64,000 nt of DNA from IMG/VR virus record IMGVR_UViG_3300037440_000399, positions 10,574 to 74,573 of that record; one strand, 5' to 3'. Below are positions 53,728 through 64,000 of the stretch, piece by piece (the first letter of the stretch is position 1; every line of letters starts with the position of its first letter). A program made the translations under genes and the position numbers. Source of the stretch: a virus (Duplodnaviria > Caudoviricetes). The notes beneath the pieces were generated by a model. That model was given only the letters and a program-made list of their open reading frames with translations. It searched no databases and had not been told where the DNA came from.

Positions 53728-54165
53728 ATGGCCGGCTTCGCAAACTCACCCCTCGGAATCACGCCTTTTGGCACAGGGACCCCGGCCGTAGCCCAGGCTC
53801 CGCCGGCGAATCCGCCCGAGGGCGCCCGGTATCTGAACCCGGCGACCCGCGACTACGAGAGGGACGACGAGGGCGAATACAAGCGCATGCCGGTGACGCG
53901 GCAACGCGTGCTGCTTGCGCTCACGACGCTGTTCAACTCGTCGAGTGTGCTCGTCAACCAAGGCTTGAAGCTGCCGAAGAAAATGGACGTCCACTTCGAG
54001 CAGCGCGTCCGCGTTGCTGTGCAAAACGAGCTCGCGTTTCTCGTGAGCGAAGGCGCGATGCGACTCGATGGCGTGACGGTCGAACGAACGACAATCGGCC
54101 GCGCGCGCATCAAAGTTGACTTCACCGATCTTGCAACGCGCGAGCGCGACTCCGTTGTGATCTGA
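53728..54165 (+). CDS. Baseplate wedge protein (gp25/Mu gp46-like)
   Basis: RVLLAL...V..ELAFLV..G pattern; precedes baseplate J. Confidence 0.7.
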   Translation: MAGFANSPLGITPFGTGTPAVAQAPPANPPEGARYLNPATRDYERDDEGEYKRMPVTRQRVLLALTTLFNSSSVLVNQGLKLPKKMDVHFEQRVRVAVQNELAFLVSEGAMRLDGVTVERTTIGRARIKVDFTDLATRERDSVVI

Positions 54166-55685
54166 TGGCATCCGTCGAAGCAAATAAGGTCTTCGTACCC
54201 GAGACGTCGCAGGAATGGCTCGACGCCTTCCTTGCCGATATCCGTCTCGAAGCGCGCAAGGCAATGACGGGCACGGAGCCAGCGGTGCAGCCCGGCACCG
54301 ACGACTATCGTTTCGCCGTTGCGGTAGCGAACGCCGCGTTTCTACAGGCTAGCTCGCTTGCCATCACGCGCTCGAGCGTGACGCCGCTCAACGCAACCGG
54401 CGACGACCTCGAAGAGTGGCGCGCGGCACTTGGTCTCGCCAAGGTCAAGCCGTCGCCGAGCGCCGGCAAGGTCATCCTGAGCGTGAACGGTACGGGCGCA
54501 ATGCCTGTCGGTACGCAATTCGTTTTCCCGAATGGGCTGCGCGGCAAGGTTGCGATTTCGTATCCCGCCGTTTCGGACGAGTCGGAGGTCGAAGCGGTCG
54601 CGATCGACACGGGCACGGCAACCAACTTTCCCACCGGGACCGTTGTCCGTTTCGTGAGTCCGCCGCTCAACATCAATACGGAGGCGAAGGTCAGCCGCAA
54701 CGCGCCGATGACGGGCGGACTCGACGAAGAGAGCGAAGAGCGCAAGCGTGCGCGCATCCTGAACCGCTTGCAAAACAAGCCTGCCGGCGGCAACTGGGCG
54801 CACATGCGCGAGAAGGCGCTAGACGAGCTCGCGTCACTGCAAGATTGCTACGTGTATCCCGCGCTCGGCGGACCCAGCAGCGTCAAGGTCGTCCCCGTCT
54901 TCGATTTCGACGTCGACAATCACGACTACAGCCGCGCGCCCGACGTGGCCGCGCTCGACATCGTACGCAACGCGCTCTACCGCGAGTTCGCGGATCAAGA
55001 CGAGATCGTGGTCAATGCACCAGTGGATCAGAGCGTCGACGTCGGGATCAAGGTCTCGATTCCCCTGAGCGTCGCGGCAGGCGGAGACGGCACAGGCTGG
55101 CTCGACGCGGCGCCGTGGCCCCCACTCGAGGGCGGCGACAATGGGCGCGTTACCGTTACGACCGTCAACAACACGACACAGATCATTGTCAGCGCAATCA
55201 GCGCGACCAGCCCGATTGCGGGACAGACGCACATTTCTTGGTGGTCCCCGGATGACCGCAAGTTTCGCACGTATCTTGTGACTGGCATTGGCGGCTCAGC
55301 TGGCGCCTGGCTTCTACAACTAGACGCGCCGCTCGTTTCCCAGAACGGCGTGAGCGTTGCCGTGGGTGATTTCGTCAGCCCGGCCGCTGTTAACACCGAA
55401 CGCTACGGCAAGAGCTGGATCGAATACATGCGCAGTCTCGGGCCGGGCGAGAACACGAGCGACGCCAATCGTCTGCCGCGCGCGTTGCGGCATCCGTACG
55501 TCACGGACGAAGACCCGACCGACGTCGGCTTTCTCGCGCTCAAGCAGATCGCCAACGCGCATGCCGAGATTACGCACGCCGAGTTCGGGTATCGCAGCGT
55601 GACGACGCCAACGGTGCCGGCGAGCGTCGATACGGGACCGAGCGTGCTCGTGCCCAGGCACCTGGGCGTTTATCGGTACGTGTAA
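54165..55685 (+). CDS. Baseplate J-like protein
   Basis: TPLNATGDDLEEW, GGLDEES.E..RARIL, GGN..H, YVYP..GG. Confidence 0.92.
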   Translation: MASVEANKVFVPETSQEWLDAFLADIRLEARKAMTGTEPAVQPGTDDYRFAVAVANAAFLQASSLAITRSSVTPLNATGDDLEEWRAALGLAKVKPSPSAGKVILSVNGTGAMPVGTQFVFPNGLRGKVAISYPAVSDESEVEAVAIDTGTATNFPTGTVVRFVSPPLNINTEAKVSRNAPMTGGLDEESEERKRARILNRLQNKPAGGNWAHMREKALDELASLQDCYVYPALGGPSSVKVVPVFDFDVDNHDYSRAPDVAALDIVRNALYREFADQDEIVVNAPVDQSVDVGIKVSIPLSVAAGGDGTGWLDAAPWPPLEGGDNGRVTVTTVNNTTQIIVSAISATSPIAGQTHISWWSPDDRKFRTYLVTGIGGSAGAWLLQLDAPLVSQNGVSVAVGDFVSPAAVNTERYGKSWIEYMRSLGPGENTSDANRLPRALRHPYVTDEDPTDVGFLALKQIANAHAEITHAEFGYRSVTTPTVPASVDTGPSVLVPRHLGVYRYV

Positions 55686-56236
55686 TGGCAACGCCGAATG
55701 GTTTCCCCGCGTGGGTCCGCGCATCGTCGCACGAGACGTATGGTGGACATGTAGACAAAGCCAATTGGATGAGCCAGGGCGTCGTCAACGGGCGCACCGA
55801 CGTCGGGGCCGAGGCATTCGCGCGCATGGCGGCGGACCTCGAAGCCGTTGTCAGGACAGCAGACTTCTCATCGCTGCGCGTTGTATGTAACGACACGGTC
55901 CCGGCGGCGCCAACTATCTTTGTTGCCTATCAAATGAACGGCGTGCGCGAGATTTCGTACGCAGGCGACGCGGCACCCGCTGGCTTTCCCTCTGGCACAC
56001 GCAACGGCAACAGCGACGTCACTCTAACGTGGGCATCGAGCTATACGGACGCTTACGGTGTGAGTGGCGACGTCAACATCAAGCAAGCATTTCCAAGCCC
56101 GATTACAAACCAGTCATTGAACTCGGTTTATGAGCTGCCGTCTGCGGTCTCCGTTCGCGTGCGCACGTACGTAAGCAACACGGCCGTCTTGGCACTCGAC
56201 ACGACCTTTTCAATCAAGATCAAGACGGGCAGCTAA
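55685..56236 (+). CDS. Baseplate/fibre-associated protein
   Basis: Position; similar beta pattern to the N-half of the next gene. Confidence 0.5.
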   Translation: MATPNGFPAWVRASSHETYGGHVDKANWMSQGVVNGRTDVGAEAFARMAADLEAVVRTADFSSLRVVCNDTVPAAPTIFVAYQMNGVREISYAGDAAPAGFPSGTRNGNSDVTLTWASSYTDAYGVSGDVNIKQAFPSPITNQSLNSVYELPSAVSVRVRTYVSNTAVLALDTTFSIKIKTGS

Positions 56237-57408
56237 TGGCCTTCGGTGGCTATGCGCCTCTCCCCATACGACTGGGCGGCGACAGCGTTTCTGGCTGGCG
56301 AGCGTCAGAGCACGCTCGAGCGGCTGCCGACCTGTATGCTGCGGCGCTCACATCTGACTTTGCGTCGTTCACGTTCATTAAAAGCGGCGCCACTGTCACC
56401 ATAGAAAGCTACATCGGACAGAACGGCGTTGGTGTTGCGTTCGCGCCGACGCCCACGGTGCTAGCTACTGGTTCCGTACGGTTCACGTGGCCGAAGGTTT
56501 ACGAGAACGATTACGGCGTAGCGCTGCCGATAGACCTGCACAACGGTATGGCCGTTGCGGTTGGTTCCGCAAACATCCGCGGCGGCGTCCGCACTGAGAC
56601 CAACACTGCCGAGGTATTCACCCATACGGCCGACACGGGCGCCCTTGTCGACACTAGGGCCAGCGTTCTTGTTGGCCCCAGCATTCTCACCGGCAGCCGC
56701 ATTGGCCACTACGACGGCGCAACCGACAAGGTTGACTCGTCGACAGAGGGCGATGTTCCGTATGCCTGGATCTGGTATCAGGAATACGAGGCGATGCTTG
56801 GCTCGGCATTCACGAAAGAGCGAGTCGGTTTCGTCCATGCGAAGAAGCTCGCACTCGCGCGACAACACGCGGCGATCGATCGGCTCGCGGAGAAGTTTCG
56901 CGCGAACGCAAAGCCCGGCACAGCCGACGAGATGCAGGCAGCATGGGTCGAGTTGCTAAACGTCAAGTTGCGAGGCAACGAAACGAAGCAGGAGATTCGT
57001 CAGCGTTGCGCGGCTCGCCTACTGGCGTCTCGGGGACCGACACCAACGCGCGTGGACGAGGCGTGCGCAAACCTGCTCGGCGAAGCATTCGTCCGCACGT
57101 GGCGACGCTATGGCGTGACGCTCTCGGCGCCTCCGACGCAAACGTATTGGCCCGGCGTGAATCCGGGACCCGGCGAATACAGTCTCGGCGGCGGCGCCTG
57201 GCTCAGCGAACGAGCGCATCTCGTCGTGGAAGTCGTCCCGCCCGCGTCGCTAACGGATGGCGAGTTTCTGCACCTGGTGAACGTCGAGCTGTTTCGGATG
57301 CTCGATGAACTCTTGCCTGCGTGGGCAACGTTTGATTGGGGAGTCGGTGTGACAGACGGCTTTCTGCTCGACATAAGCCAGCTCGATTACGGAGCCTTGA
57401 CAGACTGA
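56236..57408 (+). CDS. Baseplate wedge protein (Mu gp48/YmfQ-like C-terminal half)
   Basis: A.ELL..WVELL; C-terminal LDELLPAW. Confidence 0.65.
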   Translation: MAFGGYAPLPIRLGGDSVSGWRASEHARAAADLYAAALTSDFASFTFIKSGATVTIESYIGQNGVGVAFAPTPTVLATGSVRFTWPKVYENDYGVALPIDLHNGMAVAVGSANIRGGVRTETNTAEVFTHTADTGALVDTRASVLVGPSILTGSRIGHYDGATDKVDSSTEGDVPYAWIWYQEYEAMLGSAFTKERVGFVHAKKLALARQHAAIDRLAEKFRANAKPGTADEMQAAWVELLNVKLRGNETKQEIRQRCAARLLASRGPTPTRVDEACANLLGEAFVRTWRRYGVTLSAPPTQTYWPGVNPGPGEYSLGGGAWLSERAHLVVEVVPPASLTDGEFLHLVNVELFRMLDELLPAWATFDWGVGVTDGFLLDISQLDYGALTD

Positions 57409-57983
57409 TGTCCTACCCACGCCTCAAAGTCGGCGGCTACACCTTCGGCGAAAAGCTACCGAGCTCGCACATGACGACGCTCGATCTCAACGTTTCGAAA
57501 GCGCTGAACGGCCAGGAAATCTGGACGTACGTAGACAACACCAACGTTGCCGGTGACCCGGCCGACGTCGAAACCTTTGCGTGGGTAACGATCGCGAACG
57601 ACTGGACCAAGAGCGCGGCAATCCTTGTGGACGTGCCGGGCATGGTTGTCGGCGACGTACTCTTGGCCAGCATCCACGTTGGCGAGATGCAGCTGGCCGC
57701 CTTCGGTTCTTCGACGGCTGGAGCCAACTTTCGCCTGTACGCGATCGACGACCAGGCCGGTACGCCGACCGAGACATTCGTAACGGGCGCATTCGGGCGT
57801 TTCGCGGCGCCGATTGATGAGTCCGTAGGGTACAACACGCAACCCATACACCTGGCCGGCAAGCACACCGTTGCCGACGCTGGCACGACACGCATTGGGC
57901 TGGCGATACGGCTCACACTTGCGGGCGTCAGTTACTCCGCGATCATTCGGTCCGGCGTGTTCTTGAAGGTGCAGCGGGTCTAA
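57408..57983 (+). CDS. Short tail fibre/collar-like protein
   Basis: GEKLPSSHMTTLDLN baseplate-anchoring N-terminus. Confidence 0.55.
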   Translation: MSYPRLKVGGYTFGEKLPSSHMTTLDLNVSKALNGQEIWTYVDNTNVAGDPADVETFAWVTIANDWTKSAAILVDVPGMVVGDVLLASIHVGEMQLAAFGSSTAGANFRLYAIDDQAGTPTETFVTGAFGRFAAPIDESVGYNTQPIHLAGKHTVADAGTTRIGLAIRLTLAGVSYSAIIRSGVFLKVQRV

Positions 57984-59081
57984 GTGGCCGTCACAATCGC
58001 GACGTCGCCGGCATTCCCGACGACGAAAACTCCGGCGCAAGTCTCATTCGCTCTGACCGGCGGCGGGAACTTCGTCCGTGTCTGGCTCACCGACGCCCCC
58101 GAGGGCTCGAAGCGCAAAACAGAGCTTACGAGCACAGGACAAACCCGCATCGCCGTTTTCAGCGGCGGCGCCTCCGAGGTTTGGGAATTCCAAGCGGACA
58201 AGGGCGGCGCGTACCTGCTGGCAATCCAGGAGATAACCCGAGGCGCATCCAACTACGGCGGCGGCTACAAGGGCGACCCGAATGCGTACCCAAGCGAGAC
58301 GCTGATCGGCGAGAGCTCTGTAACGCTGCGTTTCGGGAAACGTCTTGAGATGCCCATCGGCGCACGGTCCGACCTGGCGACGCTCGCACTGTGGGTTTGG
58401 CAGGACACGATCAGGCCGACGACAGTGGTGCTCCACGGTGAGGCAACACCGGCACTGCTCGCGCCCAAAACGGAACGGGCGAATGCGGCAGCATCAAGCG
58501 CCAACGTCGTGGCAGCGGTCATGGCGCTGACGGTGCCCACCAATCTGACCGCGTCCGCTGCCCTCGGCACGCTCTCAACGATTCTCAACGAGATGATCGA
58601 CGACTTTAACGCGCACCGAACGCAAAGCGGCGTGCATAGCAGTAATGACGGCGACAACGTGATCGCCTCGTCGTTTCGCAATGCGACCAACGAAGAGTCG
58701 CTTAAGCGTTCCGTCGCCGAGCTCGTCAAGAAACTCGACCAGCACATGCGCAACGACAACGGCGCGGGCACCGGCTCTGCCGCCTACCACACGAATGCAG
58801 ACATGGTGAACACTCTGATCGCGGGACCGCCGGGCAACATGGCGCAAGTCATCGGCTCGCTTGCCGACGTGTGGCGCGCATACGAGACACATCGCGTGCA
58901 AACCGGCAGCGTGCACTCGAGCAACGACACAACGAACACGCTCGTCGCTCTGCCAAAACTGCTCGACTTGCACCGCGCGTTTCTGGCTCACATTCAATCG
59001 CCAGCGCCTACAGCGCCGCCAACGGCGAATGCTGGCGCAGTAGTCCTGGTTAGCGGGGCCGGCATGAAGGAATCCAACTAG
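57984..59081 (+). CDS. Virion protein with His-containing helical repeats
   Basis: FNAHRTQSGVHSSNDGDN and YETHRVQTGSVHSSNDTTN. Confidence 0.55.
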   Translation: MAVTIATSPAFPTTKTPAQVSFALTGGGNFVRVWLTDAPEGSKRKTELTSTGQTRIAVFSGGASEVWEFQADKGGAYLLAIQEITRGASNYGGGYKGDPNAYPSETLIGESSVTLRFGKRLEMPIGARSDLATLALWVWQDTIRPTTVVLHGEATPALLAPKTERANAAASSANVVAAVMALTVPTNLTASAALGTLSTILNEMIDDFNAHRTQSGVHSSNDGDNVIASSFRNATNEESLKRSVAELVKKLDQHMRNDNGAGTGSAAYHTNADMVNTLIAGPPGNMAQVIGSLADVWRAYETHRVQTGSVHSSNDTTNTLVALPKLLDLHRAFLAHIQSPAPTAPPTANAGAVVLVSGAGMKESN

Positions 59082-61120
59082 TGACCGCTGCAGCTTTCAC
59101 GATTGAAGGATCTGCGACGACGGATGCCATTGCCGTTGCCGCTGGCGCAACCGTCGATCTGGCGCTCGTAAGCATCACGGGCGTCCGTACTGTCGTGTGG
59201 TCGATCATTGGCGGCAGCGACGACACGAAGACAGCGCCCATCATCACGCCGGGAGGTTCGCCGCTTGGTGCCACCGCAACGTTCACGATGACCACACCGG
59301 TCGGTGCCGCTGGTGTCGGCTGGCTCGTGCGCTGTGTCGTCAACGGTGGCAAAGACGAAGAGGGATCGGTCGTCGCGGCTCTGACCCATACCGGCGTCGT
59401 TGGCGTAAACAACTCCAACGGCTACGTGCCCTTCGTTTACGGCGAGCTCCATGAACGGAGCCCGACGCACGGCGTGGCACCGGACTGGAACGAGCAGCTT
59501 GTCCTCGCTGGCTTTGGCGGCGAGCCGATGCCAGCCGGCACTGTGGACGGCTCGACCATTCGCTGGGACACCGGCGGAGCGGAGTGGGTAGAGTCGACAA
59601 CTCTCATCGTCGATGAGCCCGCGGGTATCGTCACTGCACGCCGAGAGTCCATCGGCACCGGCGCCGCCGCCGGCCTCGTCGTCCACAACCCGACGGCATC
59701 GGGCGCAGGCGCCCCACAGTACAGCCCCGGCCTCGTGCTCCAGGGCGAGGGCTGGGAGACCACCGGCGGCACGCGGCGCGAGGTCTATGCCCGCACGCAG
59801 GTGCGCGGCATCGAGGGCGCGAGCGTCACGCCGACGTGGGCGCTTGCGTTGGGCTCCGCTGCGGAGGGCACGACGCCGGACGCGGCGTCGCTGACGGACG
59901 TGTTGTCGGTTACGCCGAGTCTGCTAACGCTGGCATCCGGCGCGCTCGATACGCCCACAGCTTGGGTGCTCAACGTTGCCGGCGCGCCGCAACTAAACTT
60001 AAGTGCTACGACCGCCGACTTCCAGAACAACGCGATCACCACGACGGGCAACGTTACGGCCGCGACAGCGGTTCTAAGCGGCAACGTCACATTAGCAAAC
60101 ACTTCGGTCGTCACATTCGACAGCGACCCTACCGGGACACCTGTTATCGCGTTGCGCCTCGATACTGGAGAGCAACTGCTAATCGGGGCCGATGGTGCCA
60201 ATGGACCGGAAAACATAGTTTACCAGGTTAAGACCGGGCAGATCCATCGGTGGTTTGTCGGGAGCACGGCACAGGTGCATCTCGGCGCATCGGTATTTGA
60301 GTTCTCGCCCGGCATCGACACGAACTTCGCGCTGTTCGGCAACGGCGAAGCCATGATCGGCCTCGACATCGCGGCGAGCGGTGTACGCAATCTCGCGCTC
60401 TTCAACGACGGGTCCGCCGCGATGCAGTCGATGGACGGCGGCGTGTACATAGCGAATGCTGTCGTGGTGCCGACCGGCAATGCAACCAACGGCGGGTTTC
60501 TCTACGTCAACGCGGGAGCGCTCGAGTATCGGGGAACGACCGAGCTTGTATTCTCGGCCGGGCTAAGCAATTTCGACCTTTTCACTGGCGTGACGCTGCG
60601 GCAGACGCAGACGTCGGCCAATACGATCCCAGCAATTCACAATTTCCGAAAGAGCCGATCGGGTGGAGCGGTACAAGCGAACGACAGCATCGGCGCGCTG
60701 ACATTCGACGGGCACGACGGCACGAGCTTCGTGTCGATCGCTGGTCTCAACGTCGTAGTAGACGCTGCTGTCAGCACAGGCGTGGTGCCGATGGCGGTAC
60801 AGCTCTACACGGGCTCGTCGTCTGCTTTTCTCGCCTCGCAGTGGGGCAGCAACGGCAGCCAGACGCACAACACGAACGCGGCAAGCACGAGTTACATTTT
60901 CAAAATCGATTCCAACACGGAGGTCACGTTTAACGACACCGTGGGCGTCGTGCTGGCGTCGGGGCGCACCGTCGACTTCGGCCTGTCGGATGCTCTCGGC
61001 GGGGGCGCGTCGGCAACGCTCGGGACGATCGGCGGGAGCGGGCCAGCCACTGCCGGCCAAGCGCTTTGGCTCGAGGTGAAGATCGGCGGCACGACGCATT
61101 GGATACCGGCGTGGGTGTGA
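59081..61120 (+). CDS. Tail fibre protein
   Basis: 679 aa, Gly/Thr/Ala beta-rich; C-terminal THWIPAW. Confidence 0.7.
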   Translation: MTAAAFTIEGSATTDAIAVAAGATVDLALVSITGVRTVVWSIIGGSDDTKTAPIITPGGSPLGATATFTMTTPVGAAGVGWLVRCVVNGGKDEEGSVVAALTHTGVVGVNNSNGYVPFVYGELHERSPTHGVAPDWNEQLVLAGFGGEPMPAGTVDGSTIRWDTGGAEWVESTTLIVDEPAGIVTARRESIGTGAAAGLVVHNPTASGAGAPQYSPGLVLQGEGWETTGGTRREVYARTQVRGIEGASVTPTWALALGSAAEGTTPDAASLTDVLSVTPSLLTLASGALDTPTAWVLNVAGAPQLNLSATTADFQNNAITTTGNVTAATAVLSGNVTLANTSVVTFDSDPTGTPVIALRLDTGEQLLIGADGANGPENIVYQVKTGQIHRWFVGSTAQVHLGASVFEFSPGIDTNFALFGNGEAMIGLDIAASGVRNLALFNDGSAAMQSMDGGVYIANAVVVPTGNATNGGFLYVNAGALEYRGTTELVFSAGLSNFDLFTGVTLRQTQTSANTIPAIHNFRKSRSGGAVQANDSIGALTFDGHDGTSFVSIAGLNVVVDAAVSTGVVPMAVQLYTGSSSAFLASQWGSNGSQTHNTNAASTSYIFKIDSNTEVTFNDTVGVVLASGRTVDFGLSDALGGGASATLGTIGGSGPATAGQALWLEVKIGGTTHWIPAWV

Positions 61121-61150
61121 CAGGCGAGCAGAAAAGGCAGGGAGAAACCA

Positions 61151-61588
61151 ATGAGCGAAAGATTCATCGAAGAGCGGATGCTGCAACTGTACGGGTTGCG
61201 TTACGGCATCCTCGAGCTGGCGACACACTACGCAGATCGACACGAGCTGTTTTCGAAGCCAGCGGGCGCACGCCAGATCGCGCGCATCATCACGGCATGC
61301 GAGGAAGCCCGCGCGCGCAAAGACGGCATCGTGGTCTGCCGCGACGAAGACTGGAAGCTGCTCCATGCCGCATCCGAGACGCACGAGAAAGCGCCGCTGC
61401 AATTCGAGTCGCGCGACCCGTCAACGAAAGAACTCGTGGCAATGCTGCCCGTGAGTACGCGGCAAGTGCTGCCGCTGCTCGACGCAATCGACGCCGCGCG
61501 CGCGACGGATCCGAGGCTCGACAAGAAGAGTGACGGCGCGACCGACAAGCCCGCCGACGAGCAGCCGGCCGAGGCGAGCGCGAACTGA
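61151..61588 (+). CDS. Tail fibre assembly chaperone-like protein
   Basis: Follows the fibre gene; SD ggaga. Confidence 0.5.
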   Translation: MSERFIEERMLQLYGLRYGILELATHYADRHELFSKPAGARQIARIITACEEARARKDGIVVCRDEDWKLLHAASETHEKAPLQFESRDPSTKELVAMLPVSTRQVLPLLDAIDAARATDPRLDKKSDGATDKPADEQPAEASAN

Positions 61589-61611
61589 CCGCAAAGGGAA
61601 ACACCTGAGCC

Positions 61612-63810
61612 ATGCCTCTTCTGAACGACCCCGACGACCTATTCCAAGGCGCAACCACCGCCGTAACGGACGCAGTCTGGGGCACGCCTGCCGGCATGGT
61701 CGTCGCCATCACGTCGGCCGGCGCTGGTCTGCCCGTCACCGCTGCGGGCGATTTCTTCGAGGTCCGCGACCACAGCCAAGCCGTCAACAACGGGCTCTAC
61801 CAAGAGAGCGGCGGCACGCCGACGACGAGTTCGATCACGGCAACGAAAGTCAGTGGCTCAGCGCCGATAGCGGCAGCGTCTGAAGCCGTGAACGTGCTCG
61901 GCAACACAACCACGAAGAAGAATATTTTCTACGACACCGCCGCACGGCTCGTGTACCTCATCGAGCAAAACGGACTCAGCGCGGACGGCGTGATCGGGCA
62001 GACCGTTTACTCGAAGATGATGATCGATTGGAAGGACGATCCATTCTTGATTGCCAACGCGCCGTTTCCCATGCTCGTCATCGACGCGGACGCCGGCAAG
62101 GCACTGATCGGCACCGATGCGTCGGGCAATTTCTCCGGCTGGAATTGGGCCGACAATCCAACGCACTCGATCCGCACGCGCAAGCTCATCCGCAGCATGG
62201 GCTGGAGCGAGGTCGACGCCAACGGCATCGTCAAGGCGATCTACTCGTCCTTCGTGACACTGGGCACGTTCGAGGATGCGGTCAACGATCTCGCGTATTA
62301 CCAGTTCGGCACTGACACGACGGTCAACGACACGGTCGATTTCGACTTCGCCGGTCCCGTCAACGAGGCCGTACGCACGTTCCAGGAAATCGGCAACCCG
62401 CCGACGTGCACGTTCGCAACGTCCAGCACGATCACGCGCGCGTCGGGCTCGTTCATCACGGACGGCTACAAGGTTGGCGGGCAAGTCACGGTGCGTGCGT
62501 CGGCGACCAACGACGGTACCTATTTGCTGACCGCCGTTGCTGCCACCACGCTGACGGTCACGGGTACGCCATTCGACACGGGCGCAGATGCGGCGGCACA
62601 GCTCGCGGTCGACAACCGTAACGCCGTTACGCTGCGCCTGCGCATCCGCGATGCCGACCCAAACGGCAAGACGTTCAGCCAAGCGAACCTGGCGTCCGGC
62701 GGCGAAACCGTCCTGAGTAACAGGCTATTCAAGTTCCCGCTGGCGAACGCGACCGACCTAAAGATCGAAGCGAGCGACGCGACGATCGACGGCAGCGCGC
62801 CCTACACGGGCATGTCGATCACGTACTACGCGACGCCGCAATCATTCGGTGGCGGCGGCGTGCTGGTGGGCGGCCCGTACAATTTCGGGATCGAGATCGA
62901 CGCCAACGACGGCACGAATCAGGAAGTCTACGAGTGGATCCAACGCCAGCTCCGCAAGGCGACCGACATCGACGCGGACGCAGACGTGGGCATCGGCCGC
63001 ACGCTCGACGGTCTCATGCGTTTCGTCGGTGAGCAGCTCGAGGTGGGCTCCACGGATGGCGCGCTCACGTTTCCGACGAACCCGGACGGCGGCGGAAGTG
63101 GCGTGTTCATCTCGAATCTGAACGCTGCCAGTAAAAACTTCACGAGCTTTTACGACAACACGGGCGCAGTCCGGAGCTTCCCGGTCAGTGTCCCCGTGAC
63201 GCTGGATTTCAATGCGACGCTCGAGGGCGACACGCTGGCGAAATTCACGCTGTTTTTCGATCGTACGATTCGCACCGCGGTTACCGATCTCGTTATCAAC
63301 GCGGGCACCGGACCCAACGGCACATTCACGAGCGCGGGCGGAAACCTGCCCGACAACGCCGAGCTCACCGCTGGCGATTACGTGCGCGTCGTGGGGCTCA
63401 CGGGCGGCAACATCGCGATGAACGGCATGTACCAGATCACGGCCGAGACGACGCCGGGCGACGAGTGGGCGGTCACGCGATACGACAGCGCGACGATCAC
63501 GACGACGACCTCGGCAACGGCCAACGTCGATCAGCACCCGGTGGATTCTCCAGACGCCGTGATCGTGGACGACGACCTGGCCGCCGATGTGACGGGGTCG
63601 GTCAGCGGAACGGACTTCAGCTTTAGCTTTGATTTTTCAAATAACAGCCAAGGCGGAAGAACACCCAACACTGAAGCGCAGGTGCTGTGCAAGGCGATCG
63701 GGCAGCAGACGGCGCAGTACACGCAGAGCACGGTGCAGACGATTCAGTCGGGAGTGGCGCTGACAATCGCTGTCTCTAGCGTCCAGGAGCGAAATTTCGC
63801 GAATCCATAG
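61612..63810 (+). CDS. Large acidic beta-rich virion protein
   Basis: 732 aa, Thr/Asp/Gly-rich, in the late operon. Confidence 0.65.
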   Translation: MPLLNDPDDLFQGATTAVTDAVWGTPAGMVVAITSAGAGLPVTAAGDFFEVRDHSQAVNNGLYQESGGTPTTSSITATKVSGSAPIAAASEAVNVLGNTTTKKNIFYDTAARLVYLIEQNGLSADGVIGQTVYSKMMIDWKDDPFLIANAPFPMLVIDADAGKALIGTDASGNFSGWNWADNPTHSIRTRKLIRSMGWSEVDANGIVKAIYSSFVTLGTFEDAVNDLAYYQFGTDTTVNDTVDFDFAGPVNEAVRTFQEIGNPPTCTFATSSTITRASGSFITDGYKVGGQVTVRASATNDGTYLLTAVAATTLTVTGTPFDTGADAAAQLAVDNRNAVTLRLRIRDADPNGKTFSQANLASGGETVLSNRLFKFPLANATDLKIEASDATIDGSAPYTGMSITYYATPQSFGGGGVLVGGPYNFGIEIDANDGTNQEVYEWIQRQLRKATDIDADADVGIGRTLDGLMRFVGEQLEVGSTDGALTFPTNPDGGGSGVFISNLNAASKNFTSFYDNTGAVRSFPVSVPVTLDFNATLEGDTLAKFTLFFDRTIRTAVTDLVINAGTGPNGTFTSAGGNLPDNAELTAGDYVRVVGLTGGNIAMNGMYQITAETTPGDEWAVTRYDSATITTTTSATANVDQHPVDSPDAVIVDDDLAADVTGSVSGTDFSFSFDFSNNSQGGRTPNTEAQVLCKAIGQQTAQYTQSTVQTIQSGVALTIAVSSVQERNFANP

Positions 63811-63843
63811 CCCCCAAACCCTGCTACTCGACGCACGGTTTCC

Positions 63844-64000
63844 ATGGTCCTTGCCGTCACAACCGACCTCACCAACTTTACGGATGCTGAGCTAATCACC
63901 GGATGGGTGGCCATCGGTGCTCAGTCACCGGCGATTGAGCCGGACTTTTTCGTTCAGGGTCAAAACTCCGTCTCACGCGCCGTCAGTGGCAACGGCACAG
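63844..64000 (+). CDS. 3'-truncated virion-like protein
   Basis: MVLAVTTDLTNFTDAELITGW...; open to the window end. Confidence 0.55.
   Translation, partial: MVLAVTTDLTNFTDAELITGWVAIGAQSPAIEPDFFVQGQNSVSRAVSGNGT

Larger units (their letters stand above)
1..64000. mobile_element. Temperate tailed phage (Mu-like contractile tail, lambda-like immunity, tyrosine integrase); the whole window is phage
   Basis: Terminase, portal, capsid, sheath, baseplate, integrase, repressor/cro and RecT are present in coherent operons; no host housekeeping genes. Confidence 0.95.

Noticed and set aside
1-64000. Mu-type transposable phage, DGR or retron
   Set aside because: The tail and terminase are Mu-like, but there is no DDE transposase, no MuB and no reverse transcriptase motif; a tyrosine integrase is present instead

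Overview
The whole window is a GC-rich temperate myovirus genome (most of it, circularly permuted). A Myxococcota-like host is my inference from the gene style; it is not proven. Order: end of the late operon with the lysis cassette (1-1.8 kb); a long leftward early region of small accessory genes plus a RecT/YqaJ/DnaQ-like recombination module (1.8-12 kb); a lambda-like immunity switch, with the repressor flanked by two inverted 36-bp promoter/operator copies (12.0-12.9 kb); a rightward early region with a ParB-methyltransferase + MORC-like GHKL ATPase pair, a LexA-like DBD, xis/int and an intact attP matching a tRNA 3' end, a second methyltransferase, RusA, MerR and replication genes (12.9-32 kb); then terminase, portal, head, a glycosyltransferase/methyltransferase/HNH insert, and a Mu-like contractile tail, baseplate and fibre genes (32-64 kb). 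Phage genes continue on both sides of the att core, so the sequence appears to be the excised or free form. I saw no CRISPR array, rRNA, complete tRNA, reverse transcriptase or transposase. The most interesting candidates are the ParB-MTase/MORC module, the GT+MTase pair inside the virion operon, an antisense lipoprotein+GYF_2 moron next to a Leu/Pro-repeat baseplate gene, and a stand-alone ClpX zinc-binding domain. All family calls come from motifs recognised by eye; no searches were run.
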